The position numbers and the translations under genes are program-made. Below, one piece after another: positions 58,813 through 64,000 of a stretch of 64,000 nucleotides of DNA (its first letter is position 1; each line of letters starts with the position of its first letter). Source of the stretch: an uncultured Armatimonadia bacterium (GTDB lineage: Bacteria; Armatimonadota; Zipacnadia; CAVVLO01); the NCBI GenBank assembly GCA_963749155.1, contig CAVVLO010000002.1, positions 64,001 through 128,000 on the forward strand, given 5' to 3'. Below the pieces are notes generated by a model. That model did not search any database, was not told the origin of the DNA, and saw nothing but the letters and a program-made list of their open reading frames with translations.

Positions 58813-60542
58813 CCTGGCTCTACGAACAAAGTTTTCTCGTGGGTATAGAAAGCGGCGCCTGCGCCGCCCCCTTTTATCTTGCGGACATATTTGCGTAGTG
58901 TGTAGTCAACTGGCGCAAGGCCAGAATGCCTGTCCTTGCTGAATCCCGCCGCCAGCTTCGCCGCGAATTCCAGGTCTTTCGGCTGCACGCGCTCGGGGCG
59001 TCCTTCAGTGCGAAGTAGCACATGCGAACCTTCGGTCCCTCTCGAGTGAAACCAGAGATCATCCTGAGCGGCATACTTGAAGGTCAAGGCATCGTTCTCA
59101 GCCGCCGATCGCCCGACCAATACTTCGAAGCCACCTGGGCTCTCATAATTTCGGGGGGCGATTCCCAGCTTGTCCAGTCGGGCAGTATCTTTGCGCTCTG
59201 GCGCTTCTGGACCGCTGCCCTTCGATGTGGCTCCAAGCCTTCGCCCAAGCGCCTGCAGCTCGGGCCCTGCTGCAGCCTTCTCGATCTCGACTTCCAGCCT
59301 GGAGAGAGCGGTCAGTTCCTCCTCGAGGGCCTGCTTTCGCGCCGGCAGCACTTCGGTAGCGCGAGTGGCCTTCTTGTAACGCGTATAATAGCGTTCTGCA
59401 TTTCTGGCGATGGAATCAGTCGGCTCCAACTCAACTTCAATTTCCTTCCCGGAGGCTGGATCGATTAATCTGGCCAGTTTTGTTTCTGGGGGAAGTTGCC
59501 AGCCATAGGTCAGCAACAGGTCGCCCTTCAGTTTCAACTCGTCCTGCTCGGAAGCCCGTTCAAGCTGTAACAGGATGTCTTCAAGCGCCTTGCCTGCCTT
59601 CTTGCGGCGTTCTCTGATGACAGCGAGCAACTGTTTGCGTTCCGCCTCAGAGTGCAACTCGCGCTTGGATTCGCCTACCACCGCATCCAGCGCCTCGCCA
59701 AGGGAAGCCGCAGGATGTTGCCACTCGGCGGGCAGCGACAGCAGACTTATTGGATAGCACTGCACCTTGAGACCTGGCTCTGGCAGGACAACTGGCGCCC
59801 ACTTGCCCTCTGCCACCAGCGTCTTCAACCAGCCTAGTGTCTCTTCCAGTCGTTGCCAGCCGGTATCGTCCAACTCGCTGGAAGCAAGCTCGGTCTCAAG
59901 TCCTGCTCTGACCATCAATTCTCCGAGCAGCACGGCACTGCCCCCCGCTACCAGTTGCTGCAAGGTATTGGTCAGCTTTGCCGCGGGGTGCTCCAAAAGC
60001 TGCGCCCGAAGCTCCTGGAAAGGCACCTCCCAGGGGGCCGGGAGATCGGAATTGGGAGGCAATTCGTATTGCGCGCCAGCCACCAGATGCCGAGTGCCTG
60101 TCCGCGAACTCGAAGCGGACTTCATTACCAGCAGTATGCGGTCGGCCTCATCCAGCAGGAAGAGGTTACAATGGCGTCCTGTAAGCTCTACCACCAGGCG
60201 CAGCTTATGAGGGTCGCCCAGGTCGTCCACGGTGGAAAAACAGAATTCGGAGATACGCTCAAAACCGTGCTGTCGAACAGTATCAAGCCTTGCCGGCCCA
60301 AGCCTGCGGCGCAGTTCTTGTGTAAAGGGAAGCTTCAGCTTGCCCTTATCGTCCTCGGCGCTCAGATGGATGCGCGCAAAGGCTGGTTCAGCCGAAATCA
60401 ATATCTTTACCGGTTCTGGAACACGCAGTTTGAGCAGCAACGAATTGCGTTCCAGCGGGAAAACCCCAACAACCTCACCGCCCTCTGCCCGGGCGGCGAT
60501 CTCATCCAGGGCCGCTCTGAGCATCAGGCTATCAAAGATCAT
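58809..60542 (-). CDS. rqcH: Ribosome quality control factor RqcH (FbpA/NFACT)
   Basis: FDSLML, FERI, ELTGRHCN, NAERYYTRYKK, GRSAAEND, WFH, GSHV, VDYT. Confidence 0.92.
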   Translation of the reverse strand: MIFDSLMLRAALDEIAARAEGGEVVGVFPLERNSLLLKLRVPEPVKILISAEPAFARIHLSAEDDKGKLKLPFTQELRRRLGPARLDTVRQHGFERISEFCFSTVDDLGDPHKLRLVVELTGRHCNLFLLDEADRILLVMKSASSSRTGTRHLVAGAQYELPPNSDLPAPWEVPFQELRAQLLEHPAAKLTNTLQQLVAGGSAVLLGELMVRAGLETELASSELDDTGWQRLEETLGWLKTLVAEGKWAPVVLPEPGLKVQCYPISLLSLPAEWQHPAASLGEALDAVVGESKRELHSEAERKQLLAVIRERRKKAGKALEDILLQLERASEQDELKLKGDLLLTYGWQLPPETKLARLIDPASGKEIEVELEPTDSIARNAERYYTRYKKATRATEVLPARKQALEEELTALSRLEVEIEKAAAGPELQALGRRLGATSKGSGPEAPERKDTARLDKLGIAPRNYESPGGFEVLVGRSAAENDALTFKYAAQDDLWFHSRGTEGSHVLLRTEGRPERVQPKDLEFAAKLAAGFSKDRHSGLAPVDYTLRKYVRKIKGGGAGAAFYTHEKTLFVEPG

Positions 60543-60545
60543 AAG

Positions 60546-61112
60546 TTACTTCCTGACCGAGAAACCGTAATCGCCGACCTGCTCGCCACTGGACCAGTAC
60601 TCGCCAGCAAGAAATCCAAGTGGGTTTACTTTGCCCCAGTCCAGCTTGCCAGCCTCGTCCAAGACCTCTTCCGAGGCCTGGACCGCCACGACCTCACCGA
60701 TAAAGAGCTCGTGAGTGCCAAGTACAAGCGTCTGGCGCACCACGCACTCGAGGTTGACAGGGCACTCGGTCACTAGCGGCGGTTTGACTTTGGCAGCGAG
60801 GCCTGGGGTGAAACCTGCCAGGGCAAACTTGTCCTGGTCCCGGCCACTCTTGACGCCGCAAAGGTCGACAGCCTTCACCTGGTCGGCCGAGGGCACATTG
60901 ACCACAAACTCACCTGTCGCCTTCACAAGACCGTAGCTATACCGGCTGGGCCTGATAGCTATAGCCACCATTGGCGGTTCAGAACAAACCACTCCGACCC
61001 AGGCCAGAGTAATCAGGTTGGGCTTGCCCTCCGGCGTGCAGCAACTGATAAGGGCAGCCGGTACAGGCGCCAGAGCAAGTTCTTGGCCCAAAGTTTTTTT
61101 CAGGTTAGCCAT
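60546..61112 (-). CDS. Flavin reductase family (flavoredoxin-like) protein
   Basis: NLITLAW, RYSY, GEFVVN, CGVKSGRD.DK, ECPVNLEC, HELFIGEV. Confidence 0.9.
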   Translation of the reverse strand: MANLKKTLGQELALAPVPAALISCCTPEGKPNLITLAWVGVVCSEPPMVAIAIRPSRYSYGLVKATGEFVVNVPSADQVKAVDLCGVKSGRDQDKFALAGFTPGLAAKVKPPLVTECPVNLECVVRQTLVLGTHELFIGEVVAVQASEEVLDEAGKLDWGKVNPLGFLAGEYWSSGEQVGDYGFSVRK

Positions 61113-62235
61113 TGTCACCCTCCTCCAATTCGATTGGGTTGTCTTCGGGAGCCACTTCCTCAAGATCCACCAGACCGCGTAGCTGAGCCAGCTCTTCCAG
61201 TTGCTTCAGTGTGCCCAGCACTACCAGCAAGTCTCCCGCTTCAATGAGGGTTGATGGATCGGGCACTATCTGGAACCCCTCCTCCCCTCTGCGTATCGCA
61301 AGTACAGAAATGCCAATCTGGCTGCGCAACTGGCTGGAAGCAAGGGTCTGCCCAACCAGTAGCGACTCGGGCCGGACCACGACCTCCTGGAGGACATAGC
61401 TGCTGCCCATTATGGCCGACTCAATAAACTCGGTTGCGCCAGGAGCGATGACCGACATCGCAAGCCTGCGCCCTGCAACCGAGTAAGGAGCCAGCACTCG
61501 AGTAGCTCCGGCTTTTTTGAGCTTGGGTACAGCATCTTCGGTTGAAGCCCTGGCGGCAATCACCAGCTCCGGATTCAGGCTGCGAGCTGTGAGCACAATC
61601 AAGGCGTTGTCTGCGTCGGTAGAGGCCGCTGCGATAAGCGCTCTTGCTTTATCGACTCTTGCTTCCAGCAGCACTTCATCTTCCGAAGCATCGCCCACGA
61701 CCACCAGGCGTCCCTCGCGAGAGAGTTCCTCTGCGACTTCAGGGAGAAGCTCCACGATAACCACCTGCTCGCCGCGTGCCTCGAGCATACGCACTGCCCA
61801 CTCGCCCATCCGGCCGCAACCACAAACAAGGGTATGACCGCTCAAAGTCTCGATGGATTTTTTCATCCTTTTCTTGCTCCACACATCAAGTAACTCGGCC
61901 TCAACCAGGTAAGCGACAGCATATCGCCCAGCGAACAGCAGAGTTATCCAGCCGAGCACCAGGTAGATGGAAGTGAATAGCCGGCCTAGTTGGTCCTGAG
62001 GTACGACCTCGTTGAAGCCCACGGTCGTGATGGTGATGATGCTCATATAGAGCGCGTCGATGAAGGTAACAGAGATGCCACTAGACTCAGCGAGCTGATT
62101 GCCATTTACGTAATAAAAAACGGTTGCGCCACCGACAAGCAAGAGCAGCAACCCAAGCAAGGCTCGGGCAGCCCCCAGTAAGCGACGGGGGTCATCGTGG
62201 GGCAGCTCAGCAGCTTTGCGTGAACTTGCAGACAC
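61105..62235 (-). CDS. 2-TM potassium channel protein with RCK (TrkA-N/TrkA-C) domains
   Basis: DALYMSIITITTVGFNE, VCGCGRMG, GDA, DADN, TrkA-C tail. Confidence 0.88.
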   Translation of the reverse strand: MSASSRKAAELPHDDPRRLLGAARALLGLLLLLVGGATVFYYVNGNQLAESSGISVTFIDALYMSIITITTVGFNEVVPQDQLGRLFTSIYLVLGWITLLFAGRYAVAYLVEAELLDVWSKKRMKKSIETLSGHTLVCGCGRMGEWAVRMLEARGEQVVIVELLPEVAEELSREGRLVVVGDASEDEVLLEARVDKARALIAAASTDADNALIVLTARSLNPELVIAARASTEDAVPKLKKAGATRVLAPYSVAGRRLAMSVIAPGATEFIESAIMGSSYVLQEVVVRPESLLVGQTLASSQLRSQIGISVLAIRRGEEGFQIVPDPSTLIEAGDLLVVLGTLKQLEELAQLRGLVDLEEVAPEDNPIELEEGDNG

Positions 62236-63158
62236 GCTTCAGAACCTCTTCGGCCTCCGAGCTTAGCTTCTCCAGTACTTCGCGGCAGGTCATCAGTTCG
62301 TTTATCAGCCCCGCCGACTGACCTGCCATAAGCGAGCCTCGTTCCAAATCGCCTTCCCACACCGCTTTCGCAAGAGAGCCTATACCGAGTTCCTCGATCT
62401 CCTCGGCAGTTGCGCCTTCTCTTTCCAGTCGTTCGAACTCCCGAGTCAGTTGATTTTCCAGGGCGCGCACTGGATGGCCCAGGCTGTATCCTGTAACTGC
62501 TGTGTCGCGCTCACTGAGCCTTAAGGATAGCCTGTTTAAAGTTGTCGTGCATTGGCGATTCTACAGTCACCGCGAAACGTGTCCCAAGCTGAACACCTTC
62601 AGCGCCAAGACAGAGAGCGGCTGCCATCCCGCGCCCATCTGCGATGCCTCCTGCGGCGATGACTGGCACTTCTACTGCGTTGCAGATGGAAGGAGTTAGC
62701 ACCATGGACGTAACGTCGCCGATATGCCCCCCTGCCTCCATACCCTCTACGATTACCGCATCGGCGCCATAGCGCTCAAGCCTCTTGGCCAGCGCGCCAG
62801 CTGCGACAACAGGTATAACCTTGACACCAGCCTCTTTAAGGCTGGGAATATACTTGCCAGGATTGCCTGCGCCAAACACGACTACAGGTACTTGCTCTTC
62901 TGCCATCGCTTCTACCTTGGCAGGGATCTCATCAGCTAGCAAATAGATATTGATAGCGAAAGGTTTGTCTGTCAGCTCGCGCGTTTGGCATACCATCTCG
63001 CGCAGCTTATCAGGCGGGTAATTCCCGGCTGCAATGGTGCCAAGACCACCTGCATTACTGACTGCGGCTGCGAGCTCAGGCTGAGCAACATGGGCCATCC
63101 CGCCCTGGAAGATGGGAAATTCGATCCCAAGCAGCTCGGTAACCCTCGTTTTGAACAT
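62207..63158 (-). CDS. fabK: Enoyl-ACP reductase FabK; +1 frameshift near 62516
   Basis: PIFQGGMA, AVSNAGGLG, GAGNP, EGMEAGGHIG, AAGGIADGRG, then GHPVRAL and GSLMAGQSAGL in the next frame; about 316 aa when repaired. Confidence 0.9.
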
Positions 63159-63175
63159 CAATCAGGCACACTCCA

Positions 63176-64000
63176 TCAGGCCATATTACGCGCGAAGGCG
63201 CTAGCCAGTATCTCTTCGACAAGCTGGTCGTAACTTAGTCCAACTTCCTCGGCCTCGGCTGGTAGGTCGCTTGTATCTGTAAGCCCCGGCAGAGTGTTGA
63301 TTTCTATCAGATAGGGCCGATTATCTTCGGCGGCCACCTGCATATCAATCCGACTGTAACCATGGCACCCCAGCAAACGATGCGCTTCCACAGCCAGCTC
63401 CTGCACCTGCCGAGTTACTTCCGGTCCAAGCCTCGCAGGCAGAATAAAGTCCGTCGCGCCCGCGGTATATTTTGCCTCGTAATCGTAAAACTTGCCCTGG
63501 GGCACGAGCTCCAATACCGGCAAGGCTCTCAGCGATTCGCCCCAGCCTAGCACGCCAACTGTTATCTCCTGCCCAGCAATATATCGCTCGCAGAAGGAAA
63601 GTCCATAATACTCCGTAACCTGACGAATTGTATTGGCAAGTTCCTCGAGCGTCTCGCAAATAGATACGCCCACACTGGAGCCTTCACAGAGCCGGTTTAA
63701 CAACTACAGGCAATCCCAGTTGGTCCGCCACTCTGGCCGCCTGGCTTTCTGCCATCTCGCCCCGATAAAGCACGACAGACTCCGGTGTTTCAAGCCCGTA
63801 AGTGCGCCAAAGTCCCTTGGTGGCCAGCTTGTGCAAGCCGACAGCGCTTGCAAATACGCCACTACCTGTATAAGGCAAGCCAAACGTCTCGAGGAAGCCC
63901 TGGATCGTGCCGTCCTCTCCCGCGCCTCCATGCAAAGCTAGAAAAGCAACCTGGTAGTCGCCCTCAATTAGAGAGCGTGTCAGGCCCTGGGCCGTATCAA
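63176..64000 (-). CDS. ddl: D-alanine--D-alanine ligase, 5' partial; +1 frameshift near 63692
   Basis: LHGGAGEDGTIQG, PYTGSG, VKP..EGSSVG, FYDYEAKY, SRID, EINTLPG. Confidence 0.94.

Noticed and set aside
62207..64000. Programmed frameshifting or pseudogenes in fabK and ddl
   Set aside because: No slippery heptamers, no other decay, and normally essential functions; error is more parsimonious.
1..64000. CRISPR arrays, tRNA/rRNA, IS elements, integrases, known riboswitches
   Set aside because: None recognised by eye; intergenic gaps are short. A covariance-model search was not possible.

Overview
GC-rich bacterial chromosomal segment with no rRNA, tRNA, CRISPR array, IS or prophage recognised. 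Gene content (DUF6785-like transporter, S55 peptidase/beta-propeller protein, small BON-like protein, several secreted glycan enzymes) suggests an Armatimonadota-like polysaccharide degrader; this is inference. Housekeeping blocks: argCJBD, galTK, smc-ftsY-aminotransferase, mtnP-mtnA-mtaD, yggS-proC-yggU-yajC-dut, cimA, rnj, rqcH, fabK, ddl. At least 11 small indels split otherwise intact genes, including ddl, fabK and proC, which points to assembly or basecalling error. Repairing them by eye reveals the best candidate system: a stand-alone HsdR_N-type PD-(D/E)xK nuclease joined by a 12-proline linker to a SeqA-like methyl-adenine reader domain, with no neighbouring methyltransferase (51030-52066). 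Also notable: a secreted GH50 agarase-like protein missed by the ORF track that appears to lack both catalytic glutamates, a sulfatase-fold enzyme with Thr at the formylglycine position, and a metal-ligand-deficient M24 protein coupled to galTK. All family calls are by-eye motif recognition; no searches were run.
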